Notes: generated by a model not told the origin, from the sequence alone. Shown: positions 10,601-19,956, numbered from the stretch's first letter. The stretch: 64,000 bases of DNA from Bacteroidota bacterium (GCA_963169745.1 CAUJCU010000024.1:80842-144841), one strand, 5' to 3'. Numbers and translations: made by a program.

Positions 10601-12025
10601 CACATTGGTTGTAGGCCCTACTGCTGCTATACGCTCATAAACTAAGCCTCCTATACCGTAATCTCCATTAACATCAGCAAGGCCCAAACTTGTGTAGCCT
10701 CCAAACATCCCATCCTGATCATAATCAATCCAGGCTTTTACATAATGCAAATTGTTTGTGGCTGTGCCCACGGTTGTTAATAAGCTATAACTCGAACCTG
10801 TGGTTAAATCGGCCACAGGAGTGGCATACAGATTATAAGGCGAAGGATTTGCCGTGTTAGCCAAAGTATTATTATTAATCGTAACATTATTACCTGCCAG
10901 GGTTACATTTCTTAAACCTCTTGCTGTAGTGGCTGCAGCTGAACTAAAATCGGTATTGCAGTAGCAAGTTAAAAAATTGGCATAAGTAGCCGTCCCATAG
11001 TTAGAGGGTGTAGTTAAGCCTGAGTTTGAGCAGGTCACCTCACATTTATAATATGTTGTTGAAAAGGGTAAAATTCCCGGAGTGGTATAAGTAGCAGCAT
11101 TGTTAATTCCGGAGGCATTTGTATAGGGGCCACCGGAGGTATTACTTTGTTTCCATAGGTATGTATAGCCCGCAGCTCCTGCTAAACCACTTAAAGTGAG
11201 GGTTTGGCCATTGCCCATGCATTGTTGGCCTGCAACTACGTTTGCTAAGGCTGGCGCTCCGGAGCAAGGTGTGGCTGAGCTTACATTTAAGCGGGCATTA
11301 GGAATACCGGCTACTGCCGTTGCATAAGTTGAAGTGGCACAATTTATTGAAGCCCCGCCATTGTACAACATTTGGTTACCAGAGGTATTGGTTCGCCTGC
11401 AAGAGCCGTATGTAGTAATTAAAAAAGGAGTAGTTGCCGTATAACATACTTCAACAAGTAAACTACTGGTTCCGTCCCATTGAAAGGGAGTGGGTAATGT
11501 AAAGGTCATTACAAAACCTGTACCGGCTGTGTAAGTAATATTGTTTGGCCCGTAAACGGTTGTTAATGAGCCTGTGTATGGGCTCCCCGCACCGGCAAAG
11601 TTGGTTTGTGCTACATTGGCCATTTTAATGGTGTAGCCGTTAAAAGCATTAGCAGCCCCTGTTGCAGTTGAAACATCAAAAGCAATATTGTGAATAAACG
11701 AAGAGCCAATAGAATAGCCGGCCGTAGTCATTGCTGCTCCTATATCTGCTGCCGTGTAAATAATTTGTAATTTTTTACCCATGGCACCAGAACTAGTGCA
11801 ATAACCATAAGGGGAGGCACCGTTTGCAGTAGAACCGGGGTTTGAGCCAACGGATGGATTAACGGTTCCTGTACCAACAAAAATGTTTGTTTGGGCTGTG
11901 AGGTTAGCACTCATTAAAACAACACTTACAAAAATACCTAAAAGTTTAGCTATGTAGTTATTTTTTCTACAGTGTTGTTCCCGATACAAAACATCCTTTG
12001 TTATTAAAATTAATTTTTGATTCAT
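4652..12025 (-). CDS. giant T9SS-secreted cell-surface protein (GEVED domain, tandem FN3/Ig-like repeats, type A Por secretion C-terminal domain)
   Basis: 2457 aa, Gly/Thr/Ser/Asn-rich; N-terminal signal peptide; 'GEVEDYRVDIQ' motif; two tandem ~100-aa repeats ('GSGQQLGTGNFAVYN...NTSYYYAIYEFN' and 'GSGSQIGTGNFVVYD...NTTYHFKAYEYN'); C-terminus '...GQYMVKILSNNQLFTKKIYLSRQ' is typical of a T9SS type A sorting domain. Confidence 0.8.
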   Translation of the reverse strand: MNQKLILITKDVLYREQHCRKNNYIAKLLGIFVSVVLMSANLTAQTNIFVGTGTVNPSVGSNPGSTANGASPYGYCTSSGAMGKKLQIIYTAADIGAAMTTAGYSIGSSFIHNIAFDVSTATGAANAFNGYTIKMANVAQTNFAGAGSPYTGSLTTVYGPNNITYTAGTGFVMTFTLPTPFQWDGTSSLLVEVCYTATTPFLITTYGSCRRTNTSGNQMLYNGGASINCATSTYATAVAGIPNARLNVSSATPCSGAPALANVVAGQQCMGNGQTLTLSGLAGAAGYTYLWKQSNTSGGPYTNASGINNAATYTTPGILPFSTTYYKCEVTCSNSGLTTPSNYGTATYANFLTCYCNTDFSSAAATTARGLRNVTLAGNNVTINNNTLANTANPSPYNLYATPVADLTTGSSYSLLTTVGTATNNLHYVKAWIDYDQDGMFGGYTSLGLADVNGDYGIGGLVYERIAAVGPTTNVQSTSNFTVPAAATPGVTGMRVRYRYGASNAAVGSCVKYTGSATGGGAGEVEDYRVDIQMSCTAPSVSSSAGNVSPLNTDNATLNWTNGNGTGGRLVLLRQGAAVNAGPTSGTTYTANAAFGSGQQLGTGNFAVYNSTGSSVAITGLLPNTSYYYAIYEFNTLDVCYESVAYTGNFTTASCHPSTQPSAMSACTEYDKINLSFTPGNGTHTIVLARAGSAVNADPEYNTSYTGNSLFGSGSQIGTGNFVVYDGSGVGSVTVPVSGLNPNTTYHFKAYEYNASPNCYNVISPLTGSYSTRMPATYTSSTTTQVSTSVEPNTLAAEVIRLDVVVAGGTDPALYMNSITFKTTGTTNTATDLINAKVYYTGTSNAFAAKTQFGSTFTAFAGNLTANGNIALSPGTNYFWVAYDLNLNATLGNKLDAEVVSFTVTDINGSSVKIPSVTSPAGDRTIALFGGSYCTPSHNNSVGDCISTVAFAGTNYTGGNNCGNYGNYTALPAPTVTPGSTYTLSYYADDFIGNTNSAYIDWNQDGTFGNSAGEQITIDHGSFSVSLSVTVPLTAVPGTTRLRIVNRFPSAGSNPCIGSNGSSTSGVTSDFTVVVPGGGGGSQAVSCPTAQPTVTSPVNYNQGDAASALTATGTSLLWFTSPTAGTGSATAPTPSTAAAGTTNYYVTQNDGSCESPRIQIAVYVAKTPCGPTQYAVTGTSACYNVTVGLANSQTGVSYQLYLDGNPVGAPISGTDGTPISFGTQSTAGLYTVKGTDSQPVTTTMSGNVRLYANPVPTITGTLLGCLPSGVNLSASTSTPGNGTISSYQWQENSVDIPSATNVGYNTTISNNYTVVVTNSYGCTAVSAPSTVVVNTPSSASGSGPLFTCENGIITVSGASAANGTISWTLNQGNGSLSNTSTLTPTYTAVAADAGTTVKLTLTVSNPPCANATYVQDIIVRPRPTLNPSSISICVANPSEVINVVNPQPNTDYKWSPANDLYLDAALSIPYTLNTPATTVWTAPFGNITYHVTATNTDDNCTTGMTDILVSVCPTLTQSICNADGIPPIPVTNSAVFTSYSLTGAGFSGGSSCAPIKRDIWYRAQVPANGELHVVTAPDNNPIANLNIQSAVVTIFTGPNCNSVASVACNQGGAAGEFSYTHAYGLTPGSMAYIRIGSTIANNALAAQFIKMAVTSGLVWTAAFNDDFSNPANWHGGDATALTVTNANRSAIIPHNVTKPKLLSNANVKGMSFTSAPPYFISPGIDLNGYTLNVKGDWQVGPSVASSTTLNCNGIVEFNGTGATAQMVSGKTTFGNLTTNNTTAGVTLNSPTGVSCVLTTTAGNLNSNGKLILRSTATNTALVKPMSGNVMGDVSVERKIGSTTGYHYLTSPVNGALVNNTTSGWRDDFTILASLDGQIFIPGTIYQQLASVWEYNESNSNPNPAFGWIATTGTTDPITPLKGFACVIPANTVVDVFGPLTNGIVPGGYGISRTLGTGAGEGLNAIGNPYPSPISWNAFRALPANSSLLSTNGYQTFISSGGYVGSYGSWNGTVGSPISVTDRIASSQGIMVDALATGTINADNSVRLTSAGDVSATFFGYNSVPDLMRMEITGNGYASETALYFDAAANDQYEPSLDAKSIPSIVNGFPNIYSYIDNQHLNINAMGKLNSNKVVPLGLTIRAAGNYTLKATDMSTFAPSVIAYLEDVQAGTITNLRTQPSYTVTLPAGVINNRFLIHFHPAVELQSINETCLGNDGKLIINYPTTSTVNILVKDESGTIITTLNNVSGSVSVSNLAAGNYALEMTFGMAPNTYTTTDYFSIGEGNAVYANMSASATTVDMAANTTVLFTATAQGATGFNWNFGDGTIINNGPANIAHTFTQAGIYEVSFEAGNGLCTATATTTVEVTNTTGLTALAASNIVVHGVGDKVSIQFGNKLEGTGSVEVINMLGEVISHIENVPMKGQKEIALTNIAAGQYMVKILSNNQLFTKKIYLSRQ

Positions 12026-12395
12026 TTTGATTAAGTATTAAGTTGTTCGTTGTTGAATTTATGCAGCATTATAAAACACCAAATTTAATCATCATAAGCC
12101 AATAATTTTGTTAAAGTCAAAACAAACAACTCTTGAAAAACGAAATCGAGTATAGTTTTTTGATTTTACAAAGAGAATTGATTATAAAGATTTGCAAAAA
12201 GATGAAATACAGATAATTAGAAAGTTCACGTTTTTAAGAAAATTTATTTTAAAGAGCAAAAATTTCAATATTCAATAGAAAAACGTGTATTAAAACTTGC
12301 TTTTGCACAGCTATATTGATTCGATAAAATAGTAAATGAGTAAAAAAAGTGAGAAGTTTTAGTTATTTTGCATTGGTTATTTTTTACTAAGCCAA

Positions 12396-13328
12396 CTAGG
12401 GGTAAAAAATAAAATGAAAGTTATATATTTCAAAAAGATAGGAACCTGAAACTTTGCATAATATGCTTTCAAGAATATGAGAGTCTTTATTGTAAAAATA
12501 ATAACGTTCATTTTTAAGGATGTTGTTTCTATATAATTTGTCTTCGTTTAACACCGAGTCTGTATATAGGAATAGTGTTTTTTCGTTTAGTTCACCGGCT
12601 GCATCGCTATAAAATGAACTTTCTGTTAAACGCCTTTTATTATCATACAAATATTTGTAATTCGTTCTTACTCCGGTAGTTAAAAAGGTATATTCCTCAG
12701 CAATTGTTTTTTTGTTTTTCTCATCAGTATATATAATCCCCTCTTTGTAAACCAAATTATTATCATTGAAAATCTTTTTTCGGGTTTGATTTTCGTTTAT
12801 ATATTCGTATTTATAACTTTCACTTTGAATAACGGTTTGCTGTCCTAACTTAAAAAAGCGAAAATCGTCACTCAGGTTGGTTTCGTAACACACAACATAC
12901 CGGCTCAGCTTTTTGTCTTCGTCAAATGTTTGATATACAGCTGTGTAACGACCTTTGTTATAGGTTCGTGAAATACGTGAATTGGCTGTATTATTATAGT
13001 AGCAGAATGTAAAAATACTGTCATAACCATTGTCATTGCGTGTGGTTTCAATTAGTGACTCTAAATTACCATCGGGCAGGTATTGATAAATATATTTTTT
13101 ATTTCCTTTTTCTATTCGTGAATTTTCTCTCTTTAAATCAAAATCAACGATTATACTTTTTATTTTTTTTCCTTGATATTCTTTAACGGGAAAGCTTCGT
13201 TCTATGAGTTCATTAATCCAATTTAATTGTGTATTGTTTTGTGCCTTTACTTTCCCAACCAGGAGCACTAACAAAAAAGCAAAACTACTGTGCTTTATGA
13301 AGTATAGAGCTCGGGTATAGTTATTCAT
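12396..13328 (-). CDS. hypothetical secreted protein (N/K/Y-rich)
   Basis: 310 aa; signal peptide 'FAFLLVLLVGKVKAQ'; no recognisable domain; overlaps the upstream gene by 8 bp (co-transcribed). Confidence 0.5.
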   Translation of the reverse strand: MNNYTRALYFIKHSSFAFLLVLLVGKVKAQNNTQLNWINELIERSFPVKEYQGKKIKSIIVDFDLKRENSRIEKGNKKYIYQYLPDGNLESLIETTRNDNGYDSIFTFCYYNNTANSRISRTYNKGRYTAVYQTFDEDKKLSRYVVCYETNLSDDFRFFKLGQQTVIQSESYKYEYINENQTRKKIFNDNNLVYKEGIIYTDEKNKKTIAEEYTFLTTGVRTNYKYLYDNKRRLTESSFYSDAAGELNEKTLFLYTDSVLNEDKLYRNNILKNERYYFYNKDSHILESILCKVSGSYLFEIYNFHFIFYP

Positions 13329-15327
13329 AGCTTAAAGCGGTTAAGAGTTGATGCATATTATTGAAAGGAAGCTTACACACATGGTTTACGCATAAGTAAA
13401 ATTTTGACCCTTGCTTATTGTCATTTATAAAAGGTAATACCGAGCTGTTATTTAGAGCAAAAGTAAACGTATTTATTTTATTAGCTTGGGCAATTAAGGC
13501 TACATTTTGTTCAAAATCTTTAAGTGGAAGAGCAATATGATATATAGGTTCATTAAATTTTAATACCCAATGTGCCCAGTTTGCAAAGGCACTACCAAAC
13601 TGCTCTATTTCGCTATAAAAAAGGGCTGCCATTCTTTGTGCCATTTGGCTGTATTTTTCATCTTCAAAATAGATGCTCAGGCTAAAAAGTACATGAGCCA
13701 TTACCGAGTTAGCTGCTGGTATCACATTATCATATATTTCTTTTTGGCGAGCAACCAAGGCATCATCTGCATGGCTATTAAGGTAAAACAAACCATCGCT
13801 TTGGTCATAAAAGTTGGCTATAGCATATTCTACGTACTTTTGAGCGCATATTAGCCAGTATTCAACCCCGGTAGCGGCATATAGTTCAATAAAGGCCTTA
13901 GATGTAAAAGCATAATCTTCAAGAAATCCGTTAACGTGTGCTTTTTCATTTCTATACACATGGTACAGTGAGTTGTTGTTGCTTTCCATGTGCGAAACAA
14001 GGAATTGGGCACATGCTGTAGCTATGGTCAAATAATCTTTGTTTTGCAGTGCTAACCAAGCATTTACATAAGCTTCAATCATCATGGCGTTCCAAGAGCA
14101 CAGGGCTTTATCATCAAGTGCTGGAGGAATTCTTTTATTACGCTGTGTAAGTAGTGTTTTTTGCCAATTTTGCTTTAAAGATTTTAAGTCATGTGCACTA
14201 ATTTGATGTTTATTACAAAAGGCCTCATCAGTTTGAGTACGCCATAAAATGTAGGCATTGTGTTCCCAATAGCCCTCATTATGAATACTGTAATAGTCGG
14301 TAAATAGGGCGTAATTATGGGTAATAAGCCGCTGCAGTTCGTCTTTTTTCCAAATATAATACAAGCCTTCTATGCCTTCGCTATCAGCATCTAAGGCCGA
14401 AAAAAACTCCCCTTTTGCTCCCTTCATTTTATAATTTATAAAGCTAATACAGCCTTCAATTGTTTCTTTCAGCGTTTCATTTTGTTGTATTAAGAATGCT
14501 TTGCTGTAAAGGCTAATAAGCTGGGCATTGTCGTAAAGCATTTTCTCGAAGTGAGGAACCTTCCATTTGCCGTCTGTGCTGTATCGAGCAAAGCCGCCAC
14601 CTACCTGATCAAAAATACCACCCTGGCTCATCTTTACTAAGCTTAGGTAAACATGCTGCAACACATCATGCTCTTTATGATTATGGGCATACAGCAGTAA
14701 AAACAAATAGTTTACCGGCATAGGAAACTTAGGAACTTGCAGCGAGCCACCATACTCATGGTCAAAAGATTTTTTCCATTTCTCTAAGCATTTTTGGAGT
14801 AGGTATTTTAAGTCGGTGGTTTTGTTTTCTTTGGGGGAATAAATTTGAGACTGGGTTAAACCCTGAGCCAATTTTTGAGCATATTCTTCCATTTTTGAAA
14901 CATTTGTTTCAAAGAGGTGTTGCAGATTTTCGAGTATTGCTATCCATTGCTCAGGTGGGAAGTAAGTACCTCCGTACACAGGGCGGCCATCTGGTAATGT
15001 AAAGCAGTTAAGTGGCCAGCCCCCTTGCCCGTTCATAAGCTGAACAGCTTGTAAGTATAAAGCATCAATATCAGGCCTTTCTTCGCGATCTACTTTAACG
15101 CAAATAAAATACTTGTTCATAAGCTGGGCAATTTCTTTATTCTCAAAGCATTGCCTTTCCATTACATGACACCAATGACAAGCACTGTATCCTATACTAA
15201 TGAGCATCAATTTGTTTTGACTTTTAGCTAAAGCCAATGTTGTTTCATTCCAAGCCAGCCAGTTTACCGGATTGTGTGCGTGTTGCAGGAGATAAGGGCT
15301 ACTTTCATGAAGCAGTAAATTAGCCAT
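13321..15327 (-). CDS. thioredoxin-domain protein of the DUF255/YyaL family (N-acylglucosamine 2-epimerase-like C-terminal region)
   Basis: 'ESSPYLLQHAHNPVNWLAWNETTLALAKSQNKLMLISIGYSACHWCHVMERQCFEN' closely resembles Bacillus YyaL. Confidence 0.85.
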   Translation of the reverse strand: MANLLLHESSPYLLQHAHNPVNWLAWNETTLALAKSQNKLMLISIGYSACHWCHVMERQCFENKEIAQLMNKYFICVKVDREERPDIDALYLQAVQLMNGQGGWPLNCFTLPDGRPVYGGTYFPPEQWIAILENLQHLFETNVSKMEEYAQKLAQGLTQSQIYSPKENKTTDLKYLLQKCLEKWKKSFDHEYGGSLQVPKFPMPVNYLFLLLYAHNHKEHDVLQHVYLSLVKMSQGGIFDQVGGGFARYSTDGKWKVPHFEKMLYDNAQLISLYSKAFLIQQNETLKETIEGCISFINYKMKGAKGEFFSALDADSEGIEGLYYIWKKDELQRLITHNYALFTDYYSIHNEGYWEHNAYILWRTQTDEAFCNKHQISAHDLKSLKQNWQKTLLTQRNKRIPPALDDKALCSWNAMMIEAYVNAWLALQNKDYLTIATACAQFLVSHMESNNNSLYHVYRNEKAHVNGFLEDYAFTSKAFIELYAATGVEYWLICAQKYVEYAIANFYDQSDGLFYLNSHADDALVARQKEIYDNVIPAANSVMAHVLFSLSIYFEDEKYSQMAQRMAALFYSEIEQFGSAFANWAHWVLKFNEPIYHIALPLKDFEQNVALIAQANKINTFTFALNNSSVLPFINDNKQGSKFYLCVNHVCKLPFNNMHQLLTALSYE

Positions 15328-15379
15328 AAATAAGGCATTAAAAAAAAGAAAACAAGCAGGTTAAAGGTACTACTTAGGC

Positions 15380-16468
15380 TTATATAAACTTGTCACCTTT
15401 TGTAATCTTTACATCATTCACAAACTGCTTAATTTGCTGTTCATTTTCTTTTTTACAAATAAGCAGTACATCATGCGTATCAACCACAATGTAATTGTTT
15501 AACCCTTCAATAACCATTAATTTTTGTTTTGGCGCACTTACAATACACTTTTCAGAGTTGTACATAAGAGCGTTTTTATTGATAACAGCATTTTGATTTT
15601 CGTCTTTGGCTGTGTGTGTATATAAAGAACCATAAGTGCCTAGGTCGCTCCAACCAATAATGGAAGAGCGCACATAAACATTTGATGCTTTTTCCATAAT
15701 ACCATAATCAATAGAAATATTTTTACAAACGCTATAAACCCTCTTAATAAACTCTGCTTCATCTGGGGTGTAATAGAGTTTATTTCCTTCGGCAAAAAGG
15801 GCTGCAGTTTCGGGCATGTGTTGTTCAAAAGCTTTAATGATGCTTTTTGTAGTCCAAATAAAAATTCCGGAATTCCATAAAAAATCGCCACTTTGAATAA
15901 AAAAACGAGCCATTTCCGAGTCGGGTTTTTCAGTAAATGTTTTTACCTTTTTTATTCTTTTATCTTCTTCTATTTTGTTGCTTTCAATAAATTGAATGTA
16001 TCCGTATCCGGTATCCGGTCTCGAAGGTTTAATTCCAAGGGTTACCAAACAATCTTCAGAGGCGGCTTTACGAAAGCTTGATTTTATGGCTTTTACAAAA
16101 GTATTTTCTTTAATTATAAGGTGATCGGCCGGGGTAACAACAATATTGGCTTGAGGGTTTTTGACATGAATTTTATAGCAGGCATACGCTACACAAGGGG
16201 CTGTATTTCTACGAGCCGGCTCCAGTAAAATTTGATCTTCAGAAAGCATGGGCAGTTGTTGGTGGATCAAATCTTTGTATATTTCATTACTGACCACTAT
16301 AATGTTTTCGGGCGGACAGAGTTTTAAAGCCCTGTTATAGGTAAGCTGTAATAAAGTTTCTCCCAAACCCAGTATATCTAAAAATTGTTTAGGATGATTG
16401 GTTCTGCTCATGGGCCAAAAGCGGCTACCAATACCACCGGCCAAAACTACACAGTAATTATTTTTCAT
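15380..16468 (-). CDS. manC: mannose-1-phosphate guanylyltransferase
   Basis: 'VVLAGGIGSRFWPMSRTNHPKQF' nucleotidyltransferase motif; 362 aa. Confidence 0.85.
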   Translation of the reverse strand: MKNNYCVVLAGGIGSRFWPMSRTNHPKQFLDILGLGETLLQLTYNRALKLCPPENIIVVSNEIYKDLIHQQLPMLSEDQILLEPARRNTAPCVAYACYKIHVKNPQANIVVTPADHLIIKENTFVKAIKSSFRKAASEDCLVTLGIKPSRPDTGYGYIQFIESNKIEEDKRIKKVKTFTEKPDSEMARFFIQSGDFLWNSGIFIWTTKSIIKAFEQHMPETAALFAEGNKLYYTPDEAEFIKRVYSVCKNISIDYGIMEKASNVYVRSSIIGWSDLGTYGSLYTHTAKDENQNAVINKNALMYNSEKCIVSAPKQKLMVIEGLNNYIVVDTHDVLLICKKENEQQIKQFVNDVKITKGDKFI

Positions 16469-16540
16469 TATTTTTTAAACAAGGCGCAAAGATAATTTTT
16501 AAACTATAACGTTTAAATACCTATAAATATTTTATATAAG

Positions 16541-17821
16541 TTACTTAGATAACTGAGCCAATACCTTTTCAAGCCGTATAAACAATTCGGGAATTTCCTC
16601 TACTTTACAGTTCCCTACTGAAATGCGATACCAAGGGTCGTCATTTTGGGTGCCAAATGCTTTAAAAGGTACAATGGCCAACCGGGCATAATTAAGCAAA
16701 AAGAAAGTAGTTTGTTCGGTGTTTGTAATAATTTCTCCATCAGGTAACTTATACCCTTTAAGATTGATATAAACACTCAAGTATAAACCCGATTGTGGCT
16801 TGATGACAGCAATAGGGTATCCTTTTTCTTTTAATGCAGAAAAACCATTATAAAGGGCTAAAAGGGAAGTATAAAGACGGTTTTTAATGGTGCTAAGATA
16901 GCTTTCTACTTCTGGGGTGTGGGTTAGAAAATCGGCAACAGCAACCTGTTCCGGTTTAGGTGCCCAAGCTCCAATATGCCCGAGTACGGCTTTCATTTTG
17001 TCAATTACTCTTTTGGGGCCATAGGTCCAGCCTACACGAAGTCCTGTTGCTGCAAAAGCCTTTGACAGGCCATCAACAAAAATGGTATAATCCCTCATTT
17101 CGGGACGCAAGCTTACTGGATTTTGGTGTATGGCACCGTCATAGGTAAGTTTCCAATATATTTGATCAAAAAGTAGATACAAAGGCTTTTGGTTTGGCGC
17201 TCTCCGCTTGTTTTCTTCAATAATAAGTTCACAAATTTTTGTGAGTTCTTTTTCTCCAAACATAGTTCCTGTAGGATTTAAAGGACTGCACAAGGCTACT
17301 AAAGCGGCTTCTTTAACCAAAGGGGCTATATCACTTGCCAAAGGCATAAAATTATTTTCGGCCTTGGTTTCTATCGTTAAAGCTTGTGCTTGATGCAGAT
17401 GGCAATAATGATTATTGTTCCATGAAGGAATTGGAAAAATTACTTTATCTCCCGGGTCAACAATTGTTTGGTATAAGGAGTAAATAATAGGTCGTGCACC
17501 ACCTGTTATTAAAACCTCATTGGGTTGGTAATTTAAACCGGCATAGCGTTTAATATATACACTTACTTGTTCGCGCAGTGCCGCTACACCATCATCTGGC
17601 GGGTAATTGGTTTGGTCTTTCTGATAGGCCTCTGCAATGCATGTTTTTAGTTTTTCGGGTATCGCATAAATTTGGGGATTAAAATCGCCAATGGTAAGAT
17701 TCGTAATTTGTTCGCCTTTACTTATTTTGTCGTTAACCTCGCGGGCTAGTTTAATAATTTCACTTCCTTTAAGTTTTTCGGCTTTTTCAGACACCCTAAG
17801 TTCCTTCTCTGCTGTGAGCAT
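16541..17821 (-). CDS. PLP-dependent aminotransferase, class I/II (aspartate/alanine aminotransferase-like)
   Basis: 426 aa; 'FVDGLSKAFAATGLRVGW' PLP-lysine region; fold-type I aminotransferase. Confidence 0.8.
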   Translation of the reverse strand: MLTAEKELRVSEKAEKLKGSEIIKLAREVNDKISKGEQITNLTIGDFNPQIYAIPEKLKTCIAEAYQKDQTNYPPDDGVAALREQVSVYIKRYAGLNYQPNEVLITGGARPIIYSLYQTIVDPGDKVIFPIPSWNNNHYCHLHQAQALTIETKAENNFMPLASDIAPLVKEAALVALCSPLNPTGTMFGEKELTKICELIIEENKRRAPNQKPLYLLFDQIYWKLTYDGAIHQNPVSLRPEMRDYTIFVDGLSKAFAATGLRVGWTYGPKRVIDKMKAVLGHIGAWAPKPEQVAVADFLTHTPEVESYLSTIKNRLYTSLLALYNGFSALKEKGYPIAVIKPQSGLYLSVYINLKGYKLPDGEIITNTEQTTFFLLNYARLAIVPFKAFGTQNDDPWYRISVGNCKVEEIPELFIRLEKVLAQLSK

Positions 17822-17875
17822 ATTTATGAGTATTTATTTGTTACAAATATACGCAAAACACACGAAGTAAACAAC

Positions 17876-17910
17876 AAAAAAAGCTGCCCTATTGAGCAGC
17901 TTTTTTTGTT
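17876..17910 (-). terminator. rho-independent terminator for the 17928-19859 gene
   Basis: perfect stem aaaaagctgc / gcagcttttt followed by a T-run. Confidence 0.55.
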
Positions 17911-17927
17911 GTAATAAAACTTAAAAA

Positions 17928-19859
17928 TTAGTTGTGGTTAACTACAAGTTTCATTGTTGTGGTACCATTTTCAGTTTGTGCAGTAAGCATATAAATACCG
18001 TTGCTAAAAGCTGCAGTTTCAACCGGAACATTGTTTATTCCGGAGTTTAAATTTTGTGTAACAGCATATACTACTTTTCCGCTTAGGTCAGTAATAACCA
18101 TGTTTAAATTGCTTGCTTTTTCAAGTTCAATAGCAATATTTACACGATCATTAGCCGGGTTAGGGAAAGCTTCCATGTGGGCTACTCCTGCGCTGGTATT
18201 TGTAACTGCAGATGGGCCAAAGATAGGAAGTAAAGTAGGAGTTGCTGAGAAAGCTGTATTCAAAGCCTTACCGTCTGACCCTAATAAAATAGCCACATAC
18301 TGTAGGTTACTTTGAACCCAAGATGCGTTTAGGTTGGCAGTTAAGTTTAAATTATAGGTACTTCCAGCAGTCATTGTAGCGGGTACATTGGTAGTTGAGC
18401 CTGATGGCGAAGGTGAAGCTAAACGAGCCACAAAATGGAATCTAGTGTTAGCTACACTACTTGGTTGGCTTTCAAAACCTCCCATTGGTCCGGCTGCATT
18501 GTTGGCATAGTAGTTTACCTGATTCCAACTAGAACCGGTACCCATTAAATTACTTTCAGTAACCACTAAAGCAACTTTAGCATTAGTAATATCAACTGCA
18601 GGAATAATAGTTACCGGAACGGTAGCTGAATTACCAGAAATGTTTATAGCACCCATAGTAAACTCAGCATATCCAAAACTTCCGGCTAACTGGTTGTAAC
18701 CATCTTCTAAATCACCCGGATCGATTACACTTGTTCTTTCAACCACCATACTTGGATAGCCATCTACAAAAGTTCCCATTAAATTATCATAAGCAGTAAC
18801 CACCATAGGGTCACCATTATGTACAGCCACTTGTGCAGCTACCCCCGGATGATTAGCAGCAAAGTCATCCATTGCTACTGTTCCGCGTGGGCACCATCCA
18901 CACCAAGTTCCTGTGGCTTCTTCAAACAATAAACGTTTTACCGGAACTACAGGCACTCCTTGTGCAAAAGCTTCAAGAGTATCGTTATTTAGATTAGCAT
19001 CATTTGCTAATTCTACCCAAACAGTTATAGGGAATGAACCCACAGCAGGGATAGAGAATGGAACATTGTGCGTAAAGTTATCACTAGAAAAAGCAGCTAA
19101 ATTTACGGTTTTGGTATAAGATTGTACCGGGTTAGCTCCTTGTTGGTATTTTACTGTATATGAAGTAAGTGCCGTTGCGCCCAAGTTTGTTACAGAACCG
19201 GTGATAGTTTTGTTGGCTCCAACTATTCCGTATGAATCACCTTGTCCTTGAAGCGGAGAAACAGCAGTTAATGCAAGATCAAAGCTTGGCACATTTAAAA
19301 TTTCCATATTGTCAATTGCGGCTCCATATAACCAACCTGTTCCATCATCATAACGGAATCCAATAACAACATTAGCGTTTCCGGCATAACTTGCTAATGA
19401 GATGTATTTTGCATGCCAATCCATATCTAAAGGCCCTACAACATCTTCCAATACGGTCCATGTGGCTCCATTATCAGTAGATGCTTGAATTTTTAGGTTT
19501 TCAGTAATGCTTTGGTAAGTAGCACCGGGGAATACAAGATCCAATTTCAAATATAACGCTGCTGCGGTTCCATTGGTTAAGTCAATAGAAGGAGTTTGTA
19601 CAATTTGGTTGCTGTTATCGGCAGTTTGTGAGGCATCATCGTTAACCCCTAAAGCACGGCCATCAGTCGTACTTGGAATTCCAAAAGAGCTGCTGTTAAA
19701 GGTTGCAGGGGTAGCTGTTTTCCATCCTGATCCGTTTTGAGACCAACCGGTAGGCAAAGCAGTACCATTTGTGTTGTTAAAGTTTTCAGAAAAGAAAGTT
19801 TGTGCGTTTGCAAAGCCCGTTATAGCTATTACAGACAAACTGAGTAGTAGTTTTTTCAT
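17928..19859 (-). CDS. T9SS-secreted protein with Omp28-like thioredoxin-type CxxC region and type A sorting domain
   Basis: 643 aa; signal peptide; central 'LLFEEATGTWCGWCPRG'; C-terminus 'FPNPANDRVNIAI...NGIYMLTAQTENGTTTMKLVVNHN' is a Por secretion tail; N-terminal region resembles a choice-of-anchor/MAM-like domain. Confidence 0.6.
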   Translation of the reverse strand: MKKLLLSLSVIAITGFANAQTFFSENFNNTNGTALPTGWSQNGSGWKTATPATFNSSSFGIPSTTDGRALGVNDDASQTADNSNQIVQTPSIDLTNGTAAALYLKLDLVFPGATYQSITENLKIQASTDNGATWTVLEDVVGPLDMDWHAKYISLASYAGNANVVIGFRYDDGTGWLYGAAIDNMEILNVPSFDLALTAVSPLQGQGDSYGIVGANKTITGSVTNLGATALTSYTVKYQQGANPVQSYTKTVNLAAFSSDNFTHNVPFSIPAVGSFPITVWVELANDANLNNDTLEAFAQGVPVVPVKRLLFEEATGTWCGWCPRGTVAMDDFAANHPGVAAQVAVHNGDPMVVTAYDNLMGTFVDGYPSMVVERTSVIDPGDLEDGYNQLAGSFGYAEFTMGAINISGNSATVPVTIIPAVDITNAKVALVVTESNLMGTGSSWNQVNYYANNAAGPMGGFESQPSSVANTRFHFVARLASPSPSGSTTNVPATMTAGSTYNLNLTANLNASWVQSNLQYVAILLGSDGKALNTAFSATPTLLPIFGPSAVTNTSAGVAHMEAFPNPANDRVNIAIELEKASNLNMVITDLSGKVVYAVTQNLNSGINNVPVETAAFSNGIYMLTAQTENGTTTMKLVVNHN

Positions 19860-19956
19860 AGGTGTTTTGTTTTATAAAAGATTGAATTAAATTAATATAC
19901 AAATATATAGACTTTTATATGTGAAAATTTGATTTTTTTGTTAAATGTTGTCATTT

